This document shows, in pieces, positions 36,533 to 45,802 of a DNA stretch of 64,000 bases. The translations under genes and the position numbers were made by a program. Origin of the DNA: Candidatus Spongiisociaceae bacterium (GTDB lineage Bacteria; Actinomycetota; Acidimicrobiia; Spongiisociales; Spongiisociaceae); the NCBI GenBank assembly GCA_965202665.1, contig OZ241841.1, forward strand, positions 2,208,001 to 2,272,000, read 5' to 3'. Below the pieces are notes generated by a model that saw only the letters and a list, made by a program, of their open reading frames with translations, was not told where the DNA came from and did not search any database. Position 1 is the stretch's first letter; each line of letters opens with the position of its first letter.

Positions 36533-37981
36533 TCACGCGGGCCGGTCGGGTTGGGGATGGGGCGGCCGGGACGAATGGACGGGGGGCGTCCGTTGCGACC
36601 AGTCGGTGGCCGACTCGTAGGCGAACCCGGCCCGCAGCACGGTTTCTTCGGCGAACGGGCGGCCCGCGATCTGCAAGCCGATGGGCAGCCCGGCCCGGTC
36701 GAAGCCGCCGGGGACGCTCAGCGCGGGCAGGCCGGACAGGTTGAAAGGGGCGGTGGTGCGCACATAGGACAAAGTGACCGGCTCCGCCTCGTTTCCGAAA
36801 ACGAACTCTTCCTGTTCCAAACCGGCGGCGGTGGCGGGCAGGGCGGGGGAAAGCAGCACGTCCAGCCGATGTTCCTCGAACGTCCGGCGGATAGCGTCCC
36901 GGATCACCAGCCGGGCTTGCAGGCCTTTCAGGTAATGGGAGCCGGGCATGAGCGTTCCGGCCGTCAACAGCCCCCTGATGCCGGGGTCGATCAGATCCGG
37001 CCTTTCCCGTAACAGCCGCCGGTGGTGGGCGGCCGCTTCCGCGCCGACGATGGCGAATTCGGCGGGCAGGACCGTCTCCAACACCGGGATGTCCGTTTCC
37101 ACCGTTTCCATCCCCAGCCCCCGCAGCGTCTCCACCGCCGCCCAAAAGGCCGTCTCCACATCCTCCTGCATCGGCGCGAACGGCGCACCGGCCAGCACCC
37201 CGGCCCGCATCCCCGCAACACCCCGTTCCAACCCGGCCCGGTAGTCGGGGACCGGCGGGGCGGAGGCGGTGGTCGGGTCGGCCGGGTCGGGGCCGGCCAT
37301 CGCCCCCAGGCTGACCGCGCATCCCCGCACGGTGGCCGCCAGCGGGCCGAAGTGGTCCAGCGACCAGGCCAGCGGTTCCGCCCCCGACCGGGACACCCGC
37401 CCGTAGGTCGGTTTCAAACCGGCCACCCCGCACAACGCGGCCGGGATGCGGATGGACCCGCCGGTGTCGCTGCCCACCGCCATCGGGACCAGGCCGGCCG
37501 CCACCGCCGCCCCCGACCCGCCGCTGGAACCCCCCGGTATCCGGCTGGTATCCCACGGGTTGGCCGCCGGTTGGCTGTACACCCCGCACGCCAACTCGTG
37601 GGCGGTGGTTTTGCCGACGATCACCGCCCCCGCTTCCCGCAGCCGGCGTACGATGAAAGCGTCCGCGGCGCGGGGAGAAGCCGAATAGGCGGGGGAGCCG
37701 CAACGGGTGGGCAGCCCTTTCATATGCACGATGTCTTTCATCCCGATGGGGACGCCGGTGAGCGGCCCGCTCCGCTCTTCCCGCAGGAGGAGGTCGGCGT
37801 CCCGGGCGGCGTCCCGCGCCCCCTCCCGGTCCGTCAAAGCGAACGAACGCAGTTCCCCGTCCAGCCCGTCGATGGCCGCCAGCGCCGCTTCGGTCATTTC
37901 CGCCGCGCTGACCTCCCCCGCCCGCAACCGGGCAACGGCCGAAGGTATGGACAGGGCGGGCGGGACGGGGGCCGTGTTCAT
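36533..37981 (-). CDS. Amidase-signature family protein
   Basis: GPLTGVPIGMKD, GGSSGGS, GSDTGGSIRIPAALCG, LPIGLQIAG; ATG 37981 (MNTAPV). Confidence 0.93.
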   Translation of the reverse strand: MNTAPVPPALSIPSAVARLRAGEVSAAEMTEAALAAIDGLDGELRSFALTDREGARDAARDADLLLREERSGPLTGVPIGMKDIVHMKGLPTRCGSPAYSASPRAADAFIVRRLREAGAVIVGKTTAHELACGVYSQPAANPWDTSRIPGGSSGGSGAAVAAGLVPMAVGSDTGGSIRIPAALCGVAGLKPTYGRVSRSGAEPLAWSLDHFGPLAATVRGCAVSLGAMAGPDPADPTTASAPPVPDYRAGLERGVAGMRAGVLAGAPFAPMQEDVETAFWAAVETLRGLGMETVETDIPVLETVLPAEFAIVGAEAAAHHRRLLRERPDLIDPGIRGLLTAGTLMPGSHYLKGLQARLVIRDAIRRTFEEHRLDVLLSPALPATAAGLEQEEFVFGNEAEPVTLSYVRTTAPFNLSGLPALSVPGGFDRAGLPIGLQIAGRPFAEETVLRAGFAYESATDWSQRTPPVHSSRPPHPQPDRPA

Positions 37982-38102
37982 TTTCCGCCCGCCCAAAGGT
38001 TGTTTGCCGTCGTCCTGGGTGAAGGTTGGTGGGGTTCCCGGTTGGTGGGCGGGCGGGGGTCTCCGGTGTGGCCGGGCGGGCGGGGCCGGGGTGGGTTCGG
38101 TT

Positions 38103-38324
38103 TCATTGCCAGGTCGCCTGAAAGTTGGCCGGGTCCCCGGTTCGCAACTCGTGGGCGGCCATGGTGAGCAAATCATCGAGTTGGTCGTCCGCTTCCCGCC
38201 AACTGGCCAGCATTTCCGCCGTTTCCGCCGGGTCGAACTCCGGGCCGCTCAGCCCGTTGCGGGCCAGCAAGACGGCCGCCATCTCCGTCGCCGTGGGCCC
38301 GGCGTTCTCCTCAGTCATCGTCAA
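38103..38324 (-). CDS. Small protein, possible GatC/AtzG-like amidase partner
   Basis: 73-aa helical protein just upstream of the amidase; family assignment is inference. Confidence 0.5.
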   Translation of the reverse strand: MTMTEENAGPTATEMAAVLLARNGLSGPEFDPAETAEMLASWREADDQLDDLLTMAAHELRTGDPANFQATWQ

Positions 38325-38703
38325 TCACCGCGATCACGTCCACTTCCATTTTCAGACCGGGCAGGCCCAGGGCGGCTACCTGCACGGCGGTGACGGCCGG
38401 GGGCGGACGGCCCGCGAACACTTCTTCCCGGATGGGGATTTCCCGGGCGATTTCCCGGATGTCCTGCATGTAATAGGTGATTTTGACCACCCCGGCGATG
38501 GAACTCCCGGCCGCTTCCAGCACATCGGCGATGTTGCGCCACACCTGCCGGGCTTGTTCTTCCACCGTCTCGCCCGTCACCCGCCCCTCCCGATCCAGGG
38601 AAACCTGCCCGGCCAGGTAAACGGTGTTCCCCGCCCGGATGGCGTAAGAATAAGGTTCGGGCGGCGGACACAGCACCCCGGTTTCTATCGCTTCGATGCC
38701 CAC
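38311..38703 (-). CDS. RidA/Rid family protein
   Basis: PYSYAIRAGNTVYLAGQV, PPAVTAVQVAAL, MEVDVIA. Confidence 0.9.
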   Translation of the reverse strand: MGIEAIETGVLCPPPEPYSYAIRAGNTVYLAGQVSLDREGRVTGETVEEQARQVWRNIADVLEAAGSSIAGVVKITYYMQDIREIAREIPIREEVFAGRPPPAVTAVQVAALGLPGLKMEVDVIAVIDDD

Positions 38704-38779
38704 GGATTACCTTTCGGTCGCGTCTGCCGCCATCATATACAATCAGGCCAGGCTACGACCGGAAAGTCGGGAGGACCGA

Positions 38780-39613
38780 ATGCACATAGCCCGTTTTCTG
38801 AAAGAGGGGAACCCGGAGTGGGGTTTGGCGGACCCGGAGGCGGGCATGGTCCGCCCCATCGCCGGCCCGTCGCCGTTGCGGGAGGCGCTCGGCGACCCCG
38901 GCGCTTTGGCGAGCCTGCGGGAGCGGGCCGGCCGGGAAGTCCCGTTGGCGGAGGTGGAACTGCTGGCACCCATTCCCGACCCGCCCCAGTTCATCGGCAT
39001 CGGCCTCAACTACCGGGAGCACGCCCGGGAGTCGGGGATGGCCGAACCCGCCACCCCGGTCAGTTTCCCGTTTTTCAATTCGGCCATAATCGCCCCCGGC
39101 CAACCGATCGTCCTTCCTCCGTTCACCGACCAGGTGGACTGGGAGGTGGAGTTGGGGGTGGTGATCGGCCGCCCGGCGCGGGACGTCGCCCCCGAGCGGG
39201 CTTTGAGCCACATCGCCGGCTACGTCATCGTCAACGATGTGTCGGCACGCGACATTCAGATGGGGGAAGGTCAGTGGAGCCGGGGCAAATCTTTTGACGC
39301 TTTCAAACCGATGGGGCCTTGGATCGCCACCGCCGACCAGTTGGGGACGGCCGACGACTTGGCCGTCAAACTGTGGGTGAACGGGGAACTGAAGCAGTCT
39401 TCCACCACCGCCGACCTGATATTCGACGTGTCGGCTTTGGTGTCCCACATGTCGCAGTCGCTGACTTTGGGGACGGGGGCGGTTATTTCCACCGGCACCC
39501 CCAGCGGAGTCGGGTTCGCCCGCACGCCCCCCGAATATTTGCGGGCGGGAGACGAGGTGGCGATGGAAATCGAGGGCATAGGGAAGATGTCCAACCCAGT
39601 GACAGCCGGTTGA
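38780..39613 (+). CDS. Fumarylacetoacetate hydrolase family protein
   Basis: IGLNYREHARE, DWEVELGVVIG, NDVSARDIQ, KSFD, ISTGTPSGVG. Confidence 0.93.
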   Translation: MHIARFLKEGNPEWGLADPEAGMVRPIAGPSPLREALGDPGALASLRERAGREVPLAEVELLAPIPDPPQFIGIGLNYREHARESGMAEPATPVSFPFFNSAIIAPGQPIVLPPFTDQVDWEVELGVVIGRPARDVAPERALSHIAGYVIVNDVSARDIQMGEGQWSRGKSFDAFKPMGPWIATADQLGTADDLAVKLWVNGELKQSSTTADLIFDVSALVSHMSQSLTLGTGAVISTGTPSGVGFARTPPEYLRAGDEVAMEIEGIGKMSNPVTAG

Positions 39614-39777
39614 AGTTCCCGCTCCGGGGGACAGGGTTCGTGGTCGCCGAAGCCGGGGTCTTGGTAATTCTGTGGTGACTGGTTGAGGTGTTTGCCCTGG
39701 GGGGCTGATTTACGGCCGCTCAGGCCAGCGGTTCCGATGATCCAGTAGCAACCGGATAAAGTTCCCGCTCTAGGGCA

Positions 39778-40254
39778 TCCGGGGAATGGCAAAGCGGGCA
39801 TTTTTGGTTCCAAGGTTCCCAATATTGTTACATATGGTTTTCGCGACCTAAGAAAACTTTTCGCGTTCTGAAAATGGGGGGGGACCCGCCCGCCCCCCGC
39901 CCTCCCACCCATAACGTAATAAGTTTTTTCGGGAAAAACTAGGGGGTTGTTTTCAGAGATTTCTGATCACCCGAACATCTCGCACATTTCCCGCATGCAT
40001 GGGGTGGCGGAGAAGCGGGTTGGTTGGGGCTGTTCTAAGCATCTAAGAAGAGCAGCGGGCGCAACGGCCCGATACGTGCAAATCCACCCGGCGGGCGGTG
40101 AAACCGTGTCCGCTCAGCAGGTGGGTGCGCACCTCCTGCACCAGGCGCCCGGCGTGATGAACCACCTGCTCGCATTCTTCGCACACCAGGTGAAACTGGG
40201 TATCGGGAGGATGTCCAACCCGGTGGCGGCCGGTTGACCTTCCCGCTCGGGGGG
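39778..40254. repeat. Duplicated intergenic element + fur 3' end joined to a copy of the FAH 3' end
   Basis: 39778-40199 resembles 40952-41466; 40199-40254 resembles 39575-39631. Confidence 0.85.
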
Positions 40255-40347
40255 AGGTCCCTTTAGTAGAAAGAGAGTCCGGACGGCAACAACCCAATCC
40301 CGGCGGTCGCTTTTGGCCCCCAAGCGCCCGGCGTTTCCGCCCTGCCG

Positions 40348-40797
40348 TCATCTGCTTGGGGCCCATTGGTTTCCTCGTAGGATTTCCAAACAGTCTATTG
40401 GATCGTCCCCGGAGGTGGCGATGGCGTTGTTGTCGGAGCACACATATCCGTGGATGTCGAGCCGGAAGTCGTTGGGGATTTGGCTTGTGAACGAGGTTCG
40501 GCAGACGCGCTCCCCCGGGTTGACGCCTATCGGGCGGACTTCTGTTGTCTCCTCCACCCGGTAGAGGGCGTCCACCCCTATTTGTTCCCGCGCGACCTCC
40601 GCGGCTATCTCCCGGCACTCCGGCGGCGGGACAGCGGTGGTAGCGGGGGCGGCGGATGGTTCCACGATCCGGGCGTGCAGGGCGATGGCGAGGTCTCCGA
40701 GGAGCCAGCCGAACCATCCGCCCAGGGCGAGCCATATGACCGCTCCCAAGGCGCGCACGACAGTCGCTGTTGCGCCGGCGCCGGACCGCAAACTCAC
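40348..40797 (-). CDS. Membrane-anchored Cys-containing hypothetical protein
   Basis: GTG after AAGGAGG; one hydrophobic segment, Pro/Thr linker, four Cys. Confidence 0.65.
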   Translation of the reverse strand: MSLRSGAGATATVVRALGAVIWLALGGWFGWLLGDLAIALHARIVEPSAAPATTAVPPPECREIAAEVAREQIGVDALYRVEETTEVRPIGVNPGERVCRTSFTSQIPNDFRLDIHGYVCSDNNAIATSGDDPIDCLEILRGNQWAPSR

Positions 40798-41137
40798 ATC
40801 CCTCCTTCGCCGCCCGGTACCGGCTTCATCACGCCCCTTTCCGTCCGCCGCGGAGCATCGCCAAATAATATTCAAGCCATCCTTCGCCAGGGGGGATCCA
40901 GCCCGCGCGTAAGACTTCTGATATGCGGGCGACTCGGGTGCTGTATCGGCTCCGGGGGATGGCAAAAGCGGGCATTTTGGGTTCTCAAGGTTCCCGATAT
41001 TGTTAGATATGGTTTTCGCGACCTAAGAAAACTTTTCGCGTTCTGAAAATTTGGGGGGCCCGCCCACCCCTAACGTAATAAGTTTTTTCGGGAAAAACTA
41101 GGGGGTTGTTTTCAGAGATTTCTGATCACCCGAACAC

Positions 41138-41191
41138 CTCCCGCATCTCCCGCATCTCCCGCATCTCCCGCATCTCCCGCATCTCCCGCAT
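41138..41191 (+). repeat. Tandem repeat (CTCCCGCAT)x6
   Basis: Six exact 9-bp copies. Confidence 0.95.
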
Positions 41192-41309
41192 GCCCGGGGT
41201 GCCGGAGAAGCTGCTCTGACGGGGTTCCCATCGCGGCTGAGGGGGGATCGTATGTTTTCCGCATGCCTGGGTGGGGGAGAAGCGGGTGGGTTGGGGCTGT
41301 TCTAAGCAT

Positions 41310-41807
41310 CTAAGAAGAGCAGCGGGCGCACCGACCCGACACGTGCAAATCCACCCGGCGGGCGGTGAAACCGTGTCCGCTCAGCAGGTGGGAGCGCACA
41401 TCCTCCACCAGGCGCCCGGCGTGATGAACCACCTGCTCGCATTCTTCGCACACCAGGTGAAACTGGTCGTCGGCGTGGGCGGTTTCCCAGCGGGCGGGCT
41501 GGTCCGTCCCCAGGTTCAACTCCCGGGCCAGCCCCAAGTCGGCGAACAGGGACAGCGACCGGTAGACGGAAGACCGGTTCGCCCCCGGGTCGGCGGCGCG
41601 CGCCCGTTCGGTCACCTGTTCGGCGGTGAGATGCTCGGCGGCGGTAAACAGGACCCGCCACACCGTTCGCCGCGGTCCGGTGAGGCGGTGGCCGCTTTCC
41701 CGCAGGACGGCACCCAGAACGTCGTCCATCGCCTGTTCCAATTCCAAGTTGGAATGCGCCGACGGATTGCTCCGGCGGTCGGAGGGGTCCGGTGCGGCGG
41801 GCGTCAT
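41310..41807 (-). CDS. Fur-family regulator (Nur-like by context)
   Basis: GHRLTGPRR, HLTAEQV, SSVYRSL, FHLVCEEC, C-terminal CARC; divergent from the Ni/Co transporter. Confidence 0.9.
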   Translation of the reverse strand: MTPAAPDPSDRRSNPSAHSNLELEQAMDDVLGAVLRESGHRLTGPRRTVWRVLFTAAEHLTAEQVTERARAADPGANRSSVYRSLSLFADLGLARELNLGTDQPARWETAHADDQFHLVCEECEQVVHHAGRLVEDVRSHLLSGHGFTARRVDLHVSGRCARCSS

Positions 41808-41828
41808 GGAAACAACCTGGATCCTGGG

Positions 41829-41857
41829 GCCTTATTGCGAACGATTCGCAATAAGGC
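41829..41857. promoter_or_regulatory. Perfect 13-3-13 palindrome, putative Fur-family operator
   Basis: GCCTTATTGCGAA-CGA-TTCGCAATAAGGC between the divergent fur and ECF genes, next to a TAGCAT -10. Confidence 0.8.
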
Positions 41858-41873
41858 TAGCATAGTCCCCGCC

Positions 41874-42908
41874 ATGCACGCCCCTGATGGTTTTTTGAAC
41901 GCCGGCGCGGCCGTCGCCACCGGAGCGTTGAGCGCCGGGGCGGTCGGGGCCTCTTTGCGCTACGCCCGCCGGCGGCTGGGCGACAGGCACCTCCCCCTGG
42001 CCGGAATCACCGCCGCCTTTATTTTCGCCGCCCAGATGGTCAACTTCCCGGTGGCGGCCGGAACCAGCGGGCATCTGCTGGGCGGGACGTTGGCGGCGGT
42101 TCTGCTGGGGCCCCCGTTGGGAGCGGTGGCGATGACGGTGGTGGTGGCCGTCCAAGCCCTGGTGTTCGCCGACGGCGGACTGACCGCCCTCGGATACAAC
42201 ATCCTCAATTTGGCCATCGTCCCCGTGTTCGGGGGCTACGCCGCCTTCCGCCTGTTTCTCCGTATGCTGCCCGCCGGCCGGTCCGGGGCGGCGGCCGCGG
42301 CCGGGCTGGCCGGGCTGGCGTCGGTGCTCCTGTCGGCCATGGCCTTCTCCTTGGAATGGCTGTTCGGCGCCAGCGCCCCGATTCCGTTCGACCGGGTGTT
42401 CGGGGCGGTGGTGGGAGTGCATGTTTTAGTCGGGGCGGGGGAGGCGGTGATCACCGGCCTGGCGACCGGGGCGGTGCTGGCCGCCCGTCCCGACCTGGTG
42501 TTCGGAACCCGGGACTTGGATTTGGGTTCGTTGGAAACGTCCGGCGCGCGGCGTCCGGTTCGGGGCCGGACGGCGGTCATCGCGGCAATGTTGATCGCCC
42601 TGGTAACCGCCGGGGCGGTCAGCCAGTTCGCCTCCGACGCCCCCGACGGTTTGGAACGGGCGGCGGCCGAGCTGGGAATCTCCGGACGGGAAGCCCCGGA
42701 CTGGCTGCCCGCCGCCGACTACGCGGTGCGGGGGATAAACAACCCGACCCTCAGTTTGGCGGCGGCCGGGGCGGCCGGGGTACTCATCGTGTCGGCGGTG
42801 GCGGCCGGGGTGGCGCTGGCGGTGCGGGGCGGGCCCGGCGGTTCCCCGGGTTCAACCGTTCCGCGCGGTTCCGTTTCATCCGACGCCGACGGGAGGGGCG
42901 GCTCATAG
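41874..42908 (+). CDS. cbiM: Ni/Co ECF transporter substrate component (NikM/CbiM fused to PDGLE domain)
   Basis: N-terminal MHAPDGFL, GTSGHLLGG, DGGLTALG, PDGLE. Confidence 0.9.
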   Translation: MHAPDGFLNAGAAVATGALSAGAVGASLRYARRRLGDRHLPLAGITAAFIFAAQMVNFPVAAGTSGHLLGGTLAAVLLGPPLGAVAMTVVVAVQALVFADGGLTALGYNILNLAIVPVFGGYAAFRLFLRMLPAGRSGAAAAAGLAGLASVLLSAMAFSLEWLFGASAPIPFDRVFGAVVGVHVLVGAGEAVITGLATGAVLAARPDLVFGTRDLDLGSLETSGARRPVRGRTAVIAAMLIALVTAGAVSQFASDAPDGLERAAAELGISGREAPDWLPAADYAVRGINNPTLSLAAAGAAGVLIVSAVAAGVALAVRGGPGGSPGSTVPRGSVSSDADGRGGS

Positions 42909-43669
42909 GAGCCGGTCACGCCCACGCCTTGTACGTGCACGGGCACAGCCCTTTGCACCGGTTGGCGCCCGAATGCAAGACGGCGGCCGTCTTCGGGTTC
43001 GTCGTAGCGGCGGCGGTCACACCCGGTGAGGCGGCATGGGCTTTCGGGGCGTACGCCCTGGCCGTGGCGGCGGCGGCCCGGTTGGGGCGGATTCGGACGC
43101 GGTTCATCCTGGCCCGGCTGACGGCGGCCGCCCCGTTCGTGCTTTTCGCCTTTCTGATACCTTTCGTAGCCTCCGGGGAACGGATGGAGGTTTTGGGCGT
43201 GGGGGTTTCCCGGCCCGGAATGTGGGCGGCGTGGGCCATTATCGCCAAAGCCGTCATCGGGGCCTCCGCCGGGATTTTGCTGGCCGCCGTCACCGAAGTT
43301 CCGGAAATCATCCGGGGGTTGCGGCGGTTGCGGGTTCCGGCGATGCTGGTTTCAATCGCCGGGTTCATGGTGCGGTACCTGGAACTGATCGCCGAAGAAC
43401 TGGGGCGGATGCGCATCGCCATGCTGTCCCGGGGCTGGCGGGGGCGGGGGGCCCGTTCCGTCCGTCCGCTGGCCGGCGCGACGGGGGCCATGTTCGTGCG
43501 CTCCTATGAGCGGGGGGAACGGGTGTACGCGGCCATGCTTTCCCGCGGTTACACGGGCGAAATGCCCGATGCTTTCAACAAGCCCGCCCCCCGTTCCCAC
43601 TGGCTGGCCTGCCTTTCCCTCCCTTTGGCGGCGGCGGCGGTGGCCGTCCTGGCCCGGGTGACGCTGTGA
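42905..43669 (+). CDS. cbiQ: Ni/Co ECF transporter T component
   Basis: HSPLHRLAPECK, RSYERGERVYAAMLSRGY. Start uncertain (ATA 42905, or TTG/GTG slightly downstream). Confidence 0.88.
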   Translation: MGAGHAHALYVHGHSPLHRLAPECKTAAVFGFVVAAAVTPGEAAWAFGAYALAVAAAARLGRIRTRFILARLTAAAPFVLFAFLIPFVASGERMEVLGVGVSRPGMWAAWAIIAKAVIGASAGILLAAVTEVPEIIRGLRRLRVPAMLVSIAGFMVRYLELIAEELGRMRIAMLSRGWRGRGARSVRPLAGATGAMFVRSYERGERVYAAMLSRGYTGEMPDAFNKPAPRSHWLACLSLPLAAAAVAVLARVTL

Positions 43670-44415
43670 ACCCGGCGGCGGTGGAAGTCCGGGACTTGGA
43701 ATTTCGCTACCCCGACGGGCGGACCGCGTTGCGGGGGGTGAACCTGCGGGTGGAAGCGGGGGTGAAAACGGCTTTGCTGGGGCCGAACGGGGCGGGCAAA
43801 ACCACCTTGGCCCTGCACCTGAACGGGATCTACCGGGCCGCCGCCGGATGGGTGCGCATCGGCGGGCTGGAAGTAACAGAAGACAGTCTTTTGGAGATTC
43901 GGCGGCGGGTGGGGATGGTGTTCCAAGACCCCAACGACCAGCTGTTCATGCCCACCGTGGCCCAAGATGTGGCGTTCGGCCCGGCCAATCTGGGGGCGTC
44001 CGGCCGAGAACTGGAAGAACGGGTGGATGAAGCCCTGCGGACGGCGGGCATTTCCGGCGCCGCCCGTCGGCCCCCCCATCATCTGAGCGGAGGGGAACGG
44101 CGGCGGGCGGCGTTGGCCTCCGTGCTGGCCATGCGCCCCGGCGTGTTGGTTTTGGACGAACCCGGTTCCGGTTTGGACCCGGCGGGACGGCGGGATCTGA
44201 TCGACACGCTGGCCGGTTTGCCGACGACGATGCTGGTCATAACCCACGACCTGTCGTTCGCCGGGGAACTGTGCGAAAGGTCGGCGCTGATGGACGAAGG
44301 CCGGGTGGCGGCCGAACTCCCGACCGAGGAGTTGCTGGCCGACGAAAAACTACTGGCCCGGAGCCGCCTGGATTTCCCCAGCAGGGCCAAAGGAGCCGGG
44401 CCGGTCGGGGCGTAA
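43666..44415 (+). CDS. cbiO: ECF transporter ATPase
   Basis: GPNGAGKTT, VFQDPNDQLF, LSGGERRR, LDEP. Confidence 0.92.
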   Translation: MNPAAVEVRDLEFRYPDGRTALRGVNLRVEAGVKTALLGPNGAGKTTLALHLNGIYRAAAGWVRIGGLEVTEDSLLEIRRRVGMVFQDPNDQLFMPTVAQDVAFGPANLGASGRELEERVDEALRTAGISGAARRPPHHLSGGERRRAALASVLAMRPGVLVLDEPGSGLDPAGRRDLIDTLAGLPTTMLVITHDLSFAGELCERSALMDEGRVAAELPTEELLADEKLLARSRLDFPSRAKGAGPVGA

Positions 44416-44587
44416 GTCAGGCGTGTCCATCTGGATAGAGGGAACCATCCAGTTCTGACTCTACTTCTGGGGTCCTAAAACTCAAGTCTTAATACCCCAG
44501 CACACTTGGCAAAGCCAACAGCCACCATAACCTGTCCTGACGCACTGGTAACATCCACAATCACCAAACAAGAATAGGAGAAACACT

Positions 44588-45340
44588 ATGAAACTGAGAA
44601 CCACACTTACAGCATTGCTGGTGTTTGCTTTGGTTTTGCCTGTGGTGGCAACCGCTGCTAACAGGTTCTCTGATGTTGAAGGCCATCAGTATGAAGAGGC
44701 TATCCAGGCAGTTGTAGCGACCAGCCTCTTTCAGGGTTATCAGGACAACACTTTCCAGCCTGACAGGAAACTTTCAGCAGATGAGTGGCGGGTTATAGCA
44801 GGCAGACTATCTAGCAGAGGGTGGAGCAGAGCAGAGGTGGCAGTGTTCCTACAAGCAGGTCTTGAAGCATTAGAGCAACCTTCATCCAGTTCTCAGCCAG
44901 CAAATGAAGAGCCTATCTCCACCACTTCCCGGCCTGTGGTGATAGAAACCACTACTTCCACCACCACTGGCTCTGTGTCTACCAGTTTCTATTCAGAAGG
45001 TGAGTATCCTGCTGTTGCTGTCCTTTCTCGTCCTGAGGTTCTGCTTGTGGTTTCGCCTGAAGGCTGGGATGGTCTGGACTGGGAGTATCGTCTTCTGACT
45101 TCAAACCCAGACTGCCCTCCCGCAGAAGGTTGGAATAGTTTTGGACAGCCTGAGTATTTTACTTATAGCAACATTCCTGACTGTATCTTTGGCAGGATAA
45201 ATGTTGGAGAAACCTTCTGGTTTGAAATCAGATGGCCAGATGGGAACATCACCTCCACTCCTCACTGCCAGCCTTGGGCTGGAGAGTGTGTGGGCTTTCC
45301 AGGTTGGAGAGACCACCTGCCTTCTTGGCTACCTAGTTAG
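44588..45340 (+). CDS. Secreted protein with N-terminal SLH-like domain (low GC, foreign-looking)
   Basis: AGGAG RBS, signal peptide, RFSDV...FQGYQDNTFQPDRKLS, Thr/Ser linker. Confidence 0.8.
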   Translation: MKLRTTLTALLVFALVLPVVATAANRFSDVEGHQYEEAIQAVVATSLFQGYQDNTFQPDRKLSADEWRVIAGRLSSRGWSRAEVAVFLQAGLEALEQPSSSSQPANEEPISTTSRPVVIETTTSTTTGSVSTSFYSEGEYPAVAVLSRPEVLLVVSPEGWDGLDWEYRLLTSNPDCPPAEGWNSFGQPEYFTYSNIPDCIFGRINVGETFWFEIRWPDGNITSTPHCQPWAGECVGFPGWRDHLPSWLPS

Positions 45341-45341
45341 A

Positions 45342-45802
45342 TGTACTTGGCCGGAACGTTGGAGACGGTTTGGTTGTTGCTTAGGTGAAGATCTCCTGGT
45401 GTTATGGGGAGTGAAAAAGTGCCCTATAGCACGGGAGGATGTCTTCGGGATGCATGGTAACGCGAGGTCGTCGCCTTTTGGGGATGATGTTGCTGGTAAT
45501 AGGGGGCGAGCCGGTAGCGCGGGTGGCTAGGGGTATGGGCATGTCCCGGCAGTGCGTGTCCAAGTGGGTGCGTCGCTACCGGGAAGAAGGCCGGGCCGGT
45601 TTGGAGGACCGGTCGTCGCGGCCGCGTTGTTCCCCCATGCGCACCAGCCGGGAGGTGGAGGAACAGGTGTTGCGGAGCGTTGCGTCTGTGGGAATGTGTC
45701 TATCTGACCGGCGAGCCGCTCAAAACCCTCCCAGCACCCCACTCCAGCCTTGGAGGCAAACCACCAACCTCCAGACTGTAACCAACCTACCGGCCATGTA
45801 CA
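45342..45802 (+). mobile_element. Internally deleted IS481-family element (461 bp)
   Basis: TGT...ACA termini with inverted repeats; flanks GTTAGA/GTTAGG; HTH fragment SRQCVSKWVRRYREEG..LEDRSSRP. Confidence 0.88.

Noticed and set aside
26673-41191. Short repeats (10-mer, 9-mer, GTTCCCGCTC motifs, IS ends) as a CRISPR array
   Set aside because: No regular repeat-spacer periodicity and no cas genes.
32706-41466. Duplicated segments as DGR template/variable repeats
   Set aside because: No reverse transcriptase in the window and mismatches are not adenine-specific.
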